A DNA stretch of 63,787 bases, filler included, from Collodictyon triciliatum (Eukaryota), in NCBI GenBank assembly GCA_043381765.1. It is 15 parts of 15 records of this genome, joined end to end, with 100 filler letters (N's around TTAATTAATTAA, not from the genome) between each part and the next. Parts side by side here need not be neighbours in the genome. Positions count along the whole stretch, not along the records: positions 1 to 2,750 come from JBHJMP010006213.1; positions 2,851 to 7,189 come from JBHJMP010006214.1; positions 7,290 to 11,629 come from JBHJMP010006215.1; positions 11,730 to 16,069 come from JBHJMP010006216.1; 11 more parts are not named here. One strand, written 5' to 3'. The notes beneath the pieces were generated by a model. That model did no database searches and had not been told where the DNA came from. It saw only the letters and a list, made by a program, of their open reading frames with translations. The position numbers were made by a program, and so were the translations under genes. Shown piece after piece: positions 1 through 11,888 of the stretch. Position 1 is the stretch's first letter. The number at the start of each line of letters is the position of its first letter.

Positions 1-1362
1 ATTTTAATTTCCAAAAAGAGATTATGGTAGTTACGGATATTTGACCAATTATGTTCTTTTTTACTGAAGGAACTAATGGAAAGCGAGATTGCCATAATTG
101 TGGTGCATCAAGGTCTCGAGAATTTCTTTTTTTGTCCAACCCAACTGATTTCCGTTTTGGTGGCACATTTCTTGTTGGGTTTGTGTGTGGATTGAAGGCA
201 GATCAGAAAACTGCTTGGGTGAAGTTTTGTTTTTGTTCGGCAGTTTGGACAGATGACTATCCGCAAAAGGCGAGCGTTACCAACGGCATTGCACATCAGA
301 ATAACACAACCAACAGCATCAAAGTGAGATTCTTTTGTTGCAACATCACATCAATAATCAACAGCAAACGCACTCGAATCCTGCGACAATCTGCAATCTT
401 TGAGAGGAGCTGCTGCCTTTGTGTATCTTGTTCATTTGACCATTAAACAACATCGACGAGGCCGCCCGTGAAGCCAGCATTATTAAGAAGGAGAAAAAGA
501 GACTATGCAAATACTAATCCAAAAGAAAATGCAAACATGAAGACAAAATCACTTCCATCCTTTGGACTTGCTTCAATCCTGCTGAGGACTTGGCTGCACT
601 CTTCAGGCGAGCTTTTTCCGACACACTTAACGAAAGACACAGTCGAAGGAGAGCAAAAAACAATAGCATTTGTCCATGGAAAGTATAATGATATGAGTGT
701 GTTTTGCAATCGTATGTAGTCGTAAACTAACTGATGAATTATTAGGCCCGAGTCTGACTAATAGGACACTGAATCCATATCATCATACACAGTCATGCTA
801 TGCTTTTTTGAGGCCATTACGCATGCAACTAACACAATCATCTTTTTGGTCAAATAAATAGGACTGATTTGTCCCCCTTGGCTTGTGTCTTGTGGGGCTT
901 CTCGACCGCACTGCTATCCACGCGGAGCAAGGAAGAAAAGCAGAATCCATTGAAACACAAGGCAATCCTTCCAATCTGCCTAATCCAGACTTATTGCATT
1001 GATCAAGATGAGACTTTTTTTCACTATAAAACCATCATTGATTGATTCTCATTATTTGCCATGCTTTATTATTATTTTTTAAGGGCCTGTCGCATTTCTC
1101 AGACCTTTTTTTTGATAGCCAAGGAATCTAGGAAGGGGAGGATCAAGCAAAACTTTTCATAACGAATACATACTATTTACTTTTCGTGTGCCAACTTGTA
1201 TCATATTCAGCAAACCTCTGTCTTTTGAAGACTTCAGCTTCTTAATGACTCTGTATGTCACATAGGCCCGCCATGCGTTAGTCAGGCTTTTGACATGATG
1301 GAGATCACAAGCCGCGACCCGTCGAAGGCTTTGCAAGTTGCAGCCAGTTCTTCTAGTTCCAA

Positions 1363-2218
1363 CATGGCGCAGGAAACCCCAAGTTTCGCGTAAGTCTTGG
1401 AAGACCCGTGCAAGGAAGCCGCCTGCAAGTCTGTCTGAGCGGACAGTATTTTTGCACGGGGTCGAGCAAGTCGTCTACAATAAGAACAAGGCCCACAGAC
1501 TCACAGATGCGCCTCCTTCTTGGAAGCGAACAAACTTTGAGAAGAGTCCGTCCAATTGCGCTTACTGGACAGCGAAGATCTTTGCCTGATCGCCTTCCGC
1601 ACTGCAGAAAACGCCCGAAAGCTTCTGGAGCTGAAGCAGGTAAGTTTGAGCGATATTATGAGCAGCTTCGGCAGAAGTGATCCAACAGAGACCCCGGTGA
1701 TACTCTACCAACTACCGCTGGACGTGTGGCCGCAACTCCTTCGTGAGGAGCTGAAGCCGTTCAGACCGACCCACGTGGAGATCAAAAAGGACAAAGGCTT
1801 CTTCACAGACACGGCCGTGGTGAAGCTTCTTTGCCATAAGAACCAGCTCCCTGCAAAGTTTACGGTCATGGGAAAAAAGTGTCCAAAGCGCATCCTCAAA
1901 GAGCGTCCGCCAGCCGCGAACAACGAACGACAAGTAAAAGCCCCGCAAAAGGATACACCCGCCAAGCAGACAAGCAGCAACGGGGTCAAGGAAGCCAAGG
2001 CCAGGCAACAACAGAGCCCGCAGGACTCACAGCAGATACGCGCATACAGCGACAGCAACGATGAAATGGAAGGAAATCTCGGTTCCTCTTCAGAATCCTC
2101 GCACTCGAGCCCTCCACCGCCAATACCAGACAAGCCCGCACATCGCAAGACCCAAGGGCAGCGCATCTCCAAACCCCGAAAGAAATCCCCCTTAAACTAC
2201 CCATTCAGACTGACGTGA
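1363..2218 (+). mobile_element. Degenerate non-LTR retrotransposon ORF1-like (RRM-type) remnant
   Basis: Intronless and GC-richer than its flanks. Begins MAQETPSFA*VL with stops and a frameshift, then CLIAFRTAENARKLL...VILYQLPLDV...AVVKL...LPAKFTVMGKKC followed by a low-complexity basic tail. This layout is typical of LINE ORF1 and parallels 46602-47125. Confidence 0.55.
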
Positions 2219-2750
2219 ATATGGTTAAAATAGGAGGCCTCAAGGCAGTCTTCGTTACATATCCGAAAGGATACTCCAAATCGAAGGCAACACAAGAACC
2301 AGCGCCCACCAAAGATAGTCCGTTTCCCCTGTCCTAGCCCGTCGCACCGAGAACCAGGGAGCAAGAACAAGCAGCACAAATCGAATCCAAGCTTGGAACT
2401 CCACACACACCAAAGACAATCCGAGCAAGCAGGAGCGTATGTTTCTAAAACCACAAACGCATAGTCATACTCCGGTTAAGCAAAGTCCACTGCCAGTTAC
2501 GCATGGTCCCGATGCCAGGGGACGGTCAAGCGCCACTTCCGATATTTCCAGACACACAACGATGTATCGCTTTTTGTCTGAGTCGCCCAGCAAGAAACGC
2601 AAGGAAAGTGACCCGTTGTCCCCTCAAAAGACTCATCCTGTGGAATGAAATAGGATGTAAACCTTGTCTGAGATAGACGGTTGAAAGGATTCGTCGAAAT
2701 CGATTTGAGAAGTAACTGCCATGTGCGTACTTTCATCGACCCGACAACTT

Positions 2751-2850
2751 NNNNNNNNNNNNNNNNNNNNNNNNNNNNNNNNNNNNNNNNNNNNTTAATT
2801 AATTAANNNNNNNNNNNNNNNNNNNNNNNNNNNNNNNNNNNNNNNNNNNN
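2751..2850. other. Artificial contig spacer (44 N + TTAATTAATTAA six-frame stop linker + 44 N); first of 14
   Basis: Identical 100-nt spacers at 2751, 7190, 11630, 16070, 20509, 24947, 29384, 33821, 38256, 42691, 47126, 51561, 55995 and 60428. The intervening contigs are all 4333-4340 nt and roughly decrease in length. Confidence 0.98.
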
Positions 2851-5800
2851 TTAACAAAAATCTATACGCGGGTGTCATGGAACCGTCAGAATGTGGAGTA
2901 TTCGACGTCACAAAGCGGCTATTAACTTTTCTGTGCAGGACATCGAAGGCAAAAATAACATACGAAGGTTGCAGCACCCTTTGCATTTCGACAACATACA
3001 CTGTATTTTCAAGTAAATAATATAAGCCTAAGAATACGATAATTCATACGCGTGATTCCTATTTACTTCATATATTTTGTTCTCTATTCAAAAAATTACC
3101 ATATGGATGAAGCAATAACAGAAATGCCGAAAAAGGGACCAGTTTGGGTGCATTCCGGGGTTGTGTCGATGTTTCTATTCTTGCAAGGAAAGGTATGGAC
3201 ATCAAGTAAGAAAGCAGGGCTCTATCAACATGGAAGCTCATGATGAAAGTATGCAAAACATGTCAATACTATAGCCATTCAGTATGGAACTTATGCATTT
3301 GAGTCAAATAAGAGGTTTTTAATACATAAATGAATGCATGCTAAATAGGCTCATGATCTAACGACAAAGACTCAAATTTAACATCATTCACTAAAGGATT
3401 TCAATATGTAAATCTACTTTAAATATTTATTGTTTTATTAATTAAATCTCTTGGTTTTGCGCTTGAATAATACAATATTTTACTTACCCTTATGAACATC
3501 CAAAAATATATGAACAGTCTGATTTTGTAGCCGCGTTATCGATACATAGTTGGAGAGAATCTCTATTCGGATGCCAATATATACATGGCTGACAGGTTGA
3601 GCGTATCTCACACCTTAAAATATTTTAATTCATGTTATTAATTGGAGTTGTTTCACTATTTAAATGAATCCGATTTCTAAGCACCATTTAGATAATCTAA
3701 AATCAAGCATATGTTCCTATTTTAACTCGATAGCTCTTGAGAATATCTGCCCTTCCATTTATGCATCGCGAATCATCATACTGCATATCATATCATATCA
3801 TTTGTATAATCTATGTTCTATTCATGCAGCACGCCTTATTTTTATGAAAAGCTTCGTTCTATCGTTTTGCATTCAATATTTAACCATCTCACAAGCGCTG
3901 AATCAATTATAATATTTAAATGTTTGGCTAATACATCGTTTCCAATATTTATAGACCTTCTCTTCTATATACTGGTTGGATAATCGAAAAGGACGTATGA
4001 TTTTTTCGACTGCGTGTACAATAATCACTGTAGGTTATCATAGTTGAAATTTAAAGCTTAAGACATATTACGTACTTTGTGAACATTTGTGCAGTAAAGA
4101 TGACACGGATATGTAGAGCGTAACCTGAGTAATTTTTTTTTAAAAAAAAAAAGACGATGTTAGAAAACTATTCAATAGATATTCATGTTTCGACTAAATT
4201 TTATCAACTTAGAAAACACAATTTTTTTGATTTATCCAAAAAAATTTTACAGCAAATCATGCATACCTTACATCTACCATCAAACTTGATTTCTATTCGA
4301 TGCCGTATTGCATTCTAAATAATTAAATTACAATTCACTCACAGCTACCCACTACCACCCAAAGCATTGGACGATGGCCAGACGAAACCAAGTTATGAAA
4401 TGGTTTAAAAAATATGAAATTGTTTCATTCTCGTTATTATATTAATAATGTAGTATTTTTGATAGTCTGTCTTTTTCATCGATTAATTATAAATCACTGT
4501 TTTTTTTTTTCAGTGTCAGTTTGCGGTCGTACATTCTTCCCTCTGAATGATAACACAAGGTCTAATGTCCCATCCATAGCAAACCACTAAGGTCTTTTCA
4601 ACAGTTGTGACGTCCTATGCCGAATGGGACACACGAATGGAGCAAAAAGACGCAATTTTCAATTTATAATGTCATGTATGCCTTACATTCGACATAAATG
4701 AGTGATGAAAAATATGATTATTTTTGCAATTTATCGCTTGCTGACTAAGTTATTTATGAGAATATTAGTTGCCTACCGTACGTATTGAGGGATGGGTGTG
4801 TTTCTATATGCGAAGAGTTATCCATTGAATCAAACACATATCGACATGGCCGGTATTATGGATGGAATGTTAATGGAAACTGCGGCCTATATACAGGTTT
4901 TTTTATTTACAATTATATGAGTTCAGTGGGTCATGGGTGCTTCAAGAATTAAAAAAATATGGAATGATGAAGCCAGAAAAATCAGCGATGCCGAATGGAC
5001 ATATAACTATGAAGTTTATTAGATACAAAAATTTCAATTATGATGCAAACGTAATCAAACTATCCTCCTTTTATTCATTTTTACATACTTTTTATTCAAA
5101 GCACATATGTCGATTTATATCACGATTCAGGACTCCGTTTGTAATAAATTTGAAACAAGAGAACCAGACATGATTTGATTAAACACTCTATGCTGATATT
5201 CTTATTATGCGAACTTTTTCTTTTCAATTTAGAGATGATTTCTCAACTTTTTTTTTACATTTCCAATTTGATTTGTGCAAGATTAGGTATGCTGGCTTTG
5301 ATTCGCTAGCTCTCGTTTGCATGGATGCTTCCGTCGGAACCTGAGTGACAGAGAAGAAGTCGGTAATCAGGATTAGCATATCGTGCTTTGGCCTGTAGCC
5401 TAAGTCTTATGATGCATGAGAGGTAAGAAGAGGTTAAATCACTTTCTCGGTTTCTTTTCACAAATCTCTTCCCACAGGGCCCGATTAATGAAGAATGTGA
5501 AGATGGTAAAATAATCAGTTGTGGAGATGGGTAGTCATATCACATTAGTAGCAAAGATTCTACACTTTCATAGTCTCTAACCCTTATAATCATGTACAGA
5601 ACTATTGTATGAAGAGACATCCTGCCGTGTGAGAAAAATAAACTCATCCGATAAATACCAGGTTTATTTCCCCTTATTTTTATGCTGCACACATTTTTTT
5701 GGAGAGGCTACTGAATTCGGTGCCTTGTGTTACCAATCACTTCTTTATCTATAATGATTTTAATAAATTACAGACATTTATCCGATCATAGGCTATGGTT

Positions 5801-6520
5801 TTCTACTCTACGAATTTTTGATGAAAAAAATGACACGATTGAATTGTTTTGGCGAGCCTAGACAGGTTAGTAAATTCAAGTATTTTTAATTACAAAGTGA
5901 TAATTTCAGTCGTGATACATTTTAGAATATCATTTATTCACTTTTTGAGCGTTTGTAATTTTTATATGGAAACGAATAGACACTACGATTATGTCGTCAT
6001 ATGTAATTCGATATTTTCAATATAAGGTCTACTACATACTATTTAGAGGCAGCATCATTCTTCATTTATCATTCCGATGTCTTATTTTTTTGTATTCTTA
6101 TTCATATAGGAATGACTGCATTCATGCCTCTTGATGTGCTGCTAAAGTAAACGAAAGTGAAAGAGGTTTTATAATGAATCTGTATTTTTTGGACTTCACA
6201 CATGGAAATCGATTGATACAGGGACTATATGAATTCTGTCGACTTTGATTGTCCCTTCAGTCTATTCTTATCCAATTCTAATAACCGTTAACACCTGTAG
6301 CCACCGCGCAACTGAATTGCTTTCATTCAGAATAACATAATATTGATGTATAGAATGATTGTATTCATGATGATGCCCACATTGATGAGAAAGATAATCA
6401 TTCATTTATACCATGCAGGAACCAGTTGAAGGCCTTTGAATACTTAATTTGGCCGAAAGAAGACGAAGTTGCTTGCTCATTAAGTTTCGCGGCTCACGGT
6501 TTATTACGTTGCCTGAAATG
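2851..6520 (+). CDS. Multi-exon Cys-rich hypothetical protein (partial, possibly pseudogenised)
   Basis: A series of short AG/GT-bounded segments translate to e.g. ITYEGCSTLCISTTY, GAFRGCVDVS, CLPYVLRDGCVSICEELSIESNTYRHGRYYGWNVNGNCGLYT (~4769-4897) and GPINEECEDGKIISCGDG (~5479-5531). Some segments have stops in the likely frame. No family recognised. Confidence 0.4.
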
Positions 6521-7289
6521 AAATATTATATTAAACAAATGCTATTATTTTACATCATATTCTTTTACGTGATTAAAATAAAAGATTTATAAATTTATGT
6601 CCGTTTCATGCTCCATCGTTAATGTGGCTAATATTAGAATAGCTCAACACATCACATTTTTTAATTGTTTATTTTTTGAATCTGATTCAATCGAAAAATA
6701 TTGAAGCAAAAAGAGGTGTTTATAAATTAGTATCATAATAATCTCGAAATATATGTTTCATTTTATTTTGGTTTCCGATACTTTTGTTAATGATGAATCG
6801 GAAGTAACGTATGAATGAATGATTGTCATACTTGGGTTTATAAGAACAAATCAGCTGATGAGAGAAAAATGACGATTTAATATCAAAATATTAGTTACTA
6901 GCAATGATGATATATGATTGTTTTTTTGAGGAGTTTTGATTCTAATAGCCTTTGTTTAGTCATATTTTGAATCATTTCGTGTTAAACAATAATATAGAAA
7001 TCATCTTTTGTACCTGATTTTCACTAACTTTATCTCACGCTCTGAATCCTGCAAAGGTCATGCTAAAGGGACACGAGACAAAACAACCAAGGGAAAGGGA
7101 ACTGTTCGATCTGCTGCTACTACCGAGGGGGGAGGGGTGGTTGGATGGACGGCTCCTAGTTTTTCCGATGATATGAAGAGATGGTCTAANNNNNNNNNNN
7201 NNNNNNNNNNNNNNNNNNNNNNNNNNNNNNNNNTTAATTAATTAANNNNNNNNNNNNNNNNNNNNNNNNNNNNNNNNNNNNNNNNNNNN

Positions 7290-7392
7290 TCTTCTCTTTT
7301 CTTCTCTTTTCTTCTCTTTTCTTCTCTTTTCTTCTCTTTTCTTCTCTTTTCTTCTCTTTTCTTCTCTTTTCTTCTCTTTTCTTCTCTTTTCT
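7290..7392. repeat. Microsatellite (CTTCTCTTTT)n; representative of simple repeats at most contig ends
   Basis: Others: (TTTTG)n ~11550-11629, (TTGTTTG)n ~11730-11875, (TTA)n ~15975-16069, (TTTTC)/(TTTC)n ~28090-28265, (TAC)n ~29288-29383, (ATTACT)n ~38356-38450, (ATCATCATT)n ~42791-42893, (GAGAGAAGA)n ~51661-51800, (TAA)n ~56095-56175, (T8G2)n ~63700-63787. Confidence 0.95.
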
Positions 7393-7558
7393 TTCCATTC
7401 ATTTGTTCTTCTCAGATTTTCTTTCTGAATCTATGAATCCTTAAGTTTGCCTATTTCCTTGTACGGATTATTCGACAATTCTGATTGATTGGATTTCATT
7501 CGCTCCTGATATTCTTTTCTTTATCTGATTGGTTCAAATATTGGCTCATTATGTACAG

Positions 7559-7948
7559 GTGTCTCTCACGCTCCAACTGCCACAACTTATTTTTCAACCC
7601 AGCGATGTGTATGAGTTCCAACACAGCCTCTCGGAGCCAAACTTTGTGACACAAAAAAGGGTGCACGGTGTGATAGTACACGAATCCCATGACATGAAGA
7701 CCAAGGAGCTTGAACGCACCATTGTATTTGTGCAGAGTGCTGACCCAGGTTGGGACTGGCTCTTTTCTCGAAACATCGCAGCACTTGTCACCATGTACGG
7801 CGGCCTCAACTCTCACATGGCCATCCGCGCGGCCGAACTTGGCCTCCCAGCAATAATCGGCTGCGGCCCAGTCTTGTTCAACACATGGAAAGCGCACAAA
7901 CGCATCGGCATTGACTGCTCCTCGAGAATAGTCACATTTTTGGAATAA
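7559..7948 (+). CDS. Terminal exon of an L-glutamine kinase (Cj1418-family)-like PEP-utilising enzyme; C-terminal phosphohistidine swivel domain
   Basis: Acceptor TACAG|GTG at 7558/7559 and stop TAA at 7946-7948. Translation LPQLIF...PNFVTQK...IVFVQSADPGWDWLFSRNIAALVTMYGGLNSHMAIRAAELGLPAIIGCG. The ADPGxDWLF and GGxNSHMAIR motifs are characteristic of the Cj1418 family rather than PPDK, PEP synthase or EI. Confidence 0.8.
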   Translation: MSLTLQLPQLIFQPSDVYEFQHSLSEPNFVTQKRVHGVIVHESHDMKTKELERTIVFVQSADPGWDWLFSRNIAALVTMYGGLNSHMAIRAAELGLPAIIGCGPVLFNTWKAHKRIGIDCSSRIVTFLE

Positions 7949-8493
7949 CACGTCAAAAGAGACTCCGCCAGAAAGGAAGAAAATAGCATCGCCGGATCGA
8001 TAAACTTGGATTATAGATATGGAAGATATGGGCTGTTGCTGGTGTGATTTGGTGATTGGTTGCGCGCTGTGATTTGTGATGTCCATGGAATTCATAGAAA
8101 TGAGCCTCTTGTGGAATAAAAGTATACGGTTAATTTACTCATATATGGAAAATATAATATATTTAGATGATCTGCCACATTTTAAAATATTTTCTAATTA
8201 ATAGTATAACCTATTGCACAGAACAGATATATTCATATTAATATATGAGAAAGAACACAATAAATTCGTGATAGCGAGGGAATAATAAAACAACCTCATT
8301 GCGACCCGTCTTTGTGGATCAGAAGCCACACTGATTTCAGTGGATCATTCAGCAAGCAATTGATCCACGGCCTCACCCGACAGGAGCAGACAAGAGAAGA
8401 GAAGAAAAGAAAAGGAAAAAAAAAATAAAAAAAAAAAAGGAGAAAAAAGAGAAAAAAAGGAAAAGAAAACAAAAGAAGGGGACTACATCGACC

Positions 8494-11289
8494 ATGGAAC
8501 CAACGCCCACGAATGCAAAAAGCTTTCCAACCCGGCAACTGCGACGCAAACCTGGTCTGTTCGACTCCATCCTCTGCTCTTTTTATTGTTTTTATTTTAT
8601 GTTTTTCACAAAAGTCCTTTTCTTTTCCTCTTTCCCCCTAATGTCGCACAAATCAAACCATTTTCTCCTTCAAACACAATGTTACCTTCGCCCCCACATA
8701 GCTTATTTATACCTCTGTCCCATGTATCATGCAGATCAGCTTCTCATATATGTAAACTATAAATTTATGATGTTGCACACATCCTTTGAATGCGTTTATT
8801 CATTTCCTTTTCGTTCCATTATATATATGCGATTTAGTGGCGGGTTCGTGGAGACCAGATTACCGTGAGGAGCTCGTTCGATGGAAAGCGCAACGCGTGA
8901 AGGAGGAGCAAAAATGGAAGAACGAAGTCTCTAACCTCCTGCGTCTGGAATGTATGTTCTCCACAGCCCGATGCACTATATCACATCTATCTTATCATAC
9001 ATTCGAGCGATTTGCTCTTGCTTACAAGGTTGTACACGATTTTTTTTTTATTGCCTGAAATATTACTGACAGTTTCTTTTTATTATATTATGCGTTCTTT
9101 TTTTTTTCTCATTATTGTAACTTCTGCTCATGTACATCACAAGGTCAAAAAAAATGAAAACAAAATGAAAAGAAAAAGCAGAAACAAAAAAATCAAATAA
9201 CAAATAACACAAAACAAAAAAAATACAAAGATAAAAATGAAAATGGAATTATAACTCCTTGACCAAACAAAAGGTTAGAAAGGGGGATACAGATGACTAC
9301 TAGCTCTTATATAATGAGTACAAAGTATTTAGTGAAATAATCTGTGTACAGGTCGAGCACCAGAAGATATATCCAGAGCCAACACCTCATCAAGCTCGAC
9401 AATTAGTTTACCTAAATCTGCTTCCATGAAAAGAGCAGGGTCTGGGTCGAAGGCCTATGCACATGTCAAAAGCTCAGGTTATTCTAATCAGCCAATATCA
9501 GGTGGAAGATTGAGTTCAAAATCACAACCACAATTACTGGATGGATTTTGTCTGGTAATATCGCATACTGTTTTAAAAAAAATCCCAATCTTAAATTTAT
9601 TTCTACTTCGTCTCCTTTTTAATTGTTTAATTATTTAATATTTCTTTTATTGCATGTTTCACGAAGCACATTGAGGGTGGGAATCGCTTATCCAAGATTG
9701 AACTCAAAGATATTAATATCAGTTATCTGTCTGCAAAGTTGACGACCCTGTTGATGCAGCTTCTTGCATCATCAATGAGAAGGATCTGACTCACGTGGAA
9801 GAGAACGACTTCAAGCTATTTACTTCGTTGGCTTATTTAGATCTGGGGGATAATCGGCTGCAGCTGCACATGCTTGGGGCATTTCCCAGCCTCCAAGAAC
9901 TTCACCTGTACTGTAACATGATTTCTGAGATTCAACCCCTCTCTGGTTTCTCGCAGCTACAGGTGAAAAACACACACAAACTATTTTCTTAACATTTACA
10001 TATAAACTTTAAATTGGGAAATAACTTTTCTTCAATTTTTTTCATTACCTGTCTTGTCTGTTCCAACATATGTGTTAAGTACTCTAATAATTCATATCCT
10101 ATTTTAAATCTGACTTTATATGACACAGTATCTGGACCTTTCATTCAACTTTATAAACCCCGATTATCTGATTCGCCTTGCAGACATCCCCCGACTTAAA
10201 GTGTTGGACCTGACAGGTATCAACAGTTTCATATGGTATCCTCTTTTCGAAGACCATGTCTTTGTATGATAACACACGTGAAGTCTATACACTAACTGAG
10301 ATTTATCGAAGGAAACGCACTGAAGTGGCTTCCTGCTGGAATGGAGGCTCTGGCACGACTGGAAAGACTTGTTCTGGAAGATAATCAAATGAATGATGTT
10401 GGAGTTCTTCTGGCTCTACAGAATATGCCCAGGTTTTGATTGTGGACCATTCTTTCATCTCACTTTCCGTTTTATCTTTTGTATTTTTACTCCACAAGCC
10501 GCAATTCATCAAGTAATGACTTATTTTTATATGACATCATTCGAACAGCTGTTAAGAGGCATCCAAAAATATGCACAAATTAATTTTTGATCTCACAATT
10601 AAGGCTGAAAGAGCTCGACTTGTCTGACAATCAATTCACTGGATTCCCAGCAATAGAGGAAACAGGATTTCCAGCACTTGAATTCATTAATTTATCGACA
10701 AATATGATAAAAGACGAGGTTTTTTTTTCCCCTCAGAGAAATAGCTGTAATTTTTTTGAATCGGTTGTTCTCGATAGTCCATATTCGATTTATATATTTG
10801 AGTAATTATTTATTCCTTTTGTCTCCAAATAAATTGACACTGAATATCAATTGATTATATTGACGGGCTGAAATTTTAAGACTTACATAAATATACTAGG
10901 ACCAGCTTATCACTCTTTCCCAGGTTCCAAATGTCCAGGAAGTTCTGATATGGAATAACCCTCTCGTAAACAAATCCAGAGGAGAAAAACGTAAATGCAA
11001 CTTTGCAAGAATTACGTGTTATATTCCATAGATATTCTGAATTTATTACAGCCTCATGTACAAAAGTTTGACCTATCCTTTTCATCATTACAGTTTCGAT
11101 ATTTATATCATAATCATGTGATCGAGGAATAGTTAGTCATTAATTTAATATCCCCATACCTCCTCCTTAGCATTTCTTAACAAGCTACGACGAACTTTGG
11201 TCGATGAATTGGGCATTTACGTGATGATTGAGCCCCCACCCACTATGAAGTCCGCCCCAATCATTTTTGATCCAAACTCAATGGCTAAG
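8494..11289 (+). CDS. XRRA1: XRRA1-like leucine-rich repeat protein (multi-exon, 3' truncated)
   Basis: N-terminal SFPTRQLRR, then LLDGFCL / VEENDFKLFTSLAYLDLGDNRL...FPSLQELHLYCN / VLDLSFN...IPRLKVLDLT / GNALKWLP / LKELDLSDN...GFPALEFINLSTN / EVLIWNNPL across GT-AG exons. Motif order matches XRRA1 as recalled. Confidence 0.75.
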
Positions 11290-11888
11290 GTATACCACTT
11301 ATATTTATTTAGTGCAAATATTTGTCGCACATATGCTTCTCTTACGAAAATAATCCTTTTTTTTTTTTGCTGATGCTTATATTATGTTCACTATTTTACA
11401 TTTTTATTCTGTCTTTTCGTTTTCGTTTTCGTTTTCTGTTTTCTGTTTTCTGTTTTCTGTTTCTGTTTCTGTTTCTTCTATTTTCTATTGTTTTTTTAAT
11501 TTTTTGTTTTGTTTCTCTTTTTTTATATTTTCTATTGTTTTTTTTTAATTTTTTGTTTTGTTTTGTTTTGTTTTGTTTTGTTTTGTTTTGTTTTGTTTTG
11601 TTTTGTTTTGTTTTGTTTTGTTTTGTTTTNNNNNNNNNNNNNNNNNNNNNNNNNNNNNNNNNNNNNNNNNNNNTTAATTAATTAANNNNNNNNNNNNNNN
11701 NNNNNNNNNNNNNNNNNNNNNNNNNNNNNGTTGTTTGTTGTTTGTTGTTTGTTGTTTGTTGTTTGTTGTTTGTTGTTTGTTGTTTGTTGTTTGTTGTTTG
11801 TTGTTTGTTGTTTGTTGTTTGTTGTTTTTTGTTGTTTGTTGTTGTTGTTGTTGTTTGTTGTTTGTTGTTGTTGTTGGAACAATCACAG

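Noticed and set aside
51-719. Short ORFs at the window start (51-446, 468-719)
   Set aside because: No recognisable motif or consistent splice pattern; a call cannot be supported.
860-945. HDV-like ribozyme upstream of the LINE ORF1 relic
   Set aside because: I could not build the nested P1/P1.1/P2/P3 double pseudoknot by eye.
2795-2806. Recurrent TTAATTAATTAA palindrome as a biological site (e.g. piggyBac target)
   Set aside because: Always centred in N runs of fixed length; it is an assembly linker with stops in all frames.
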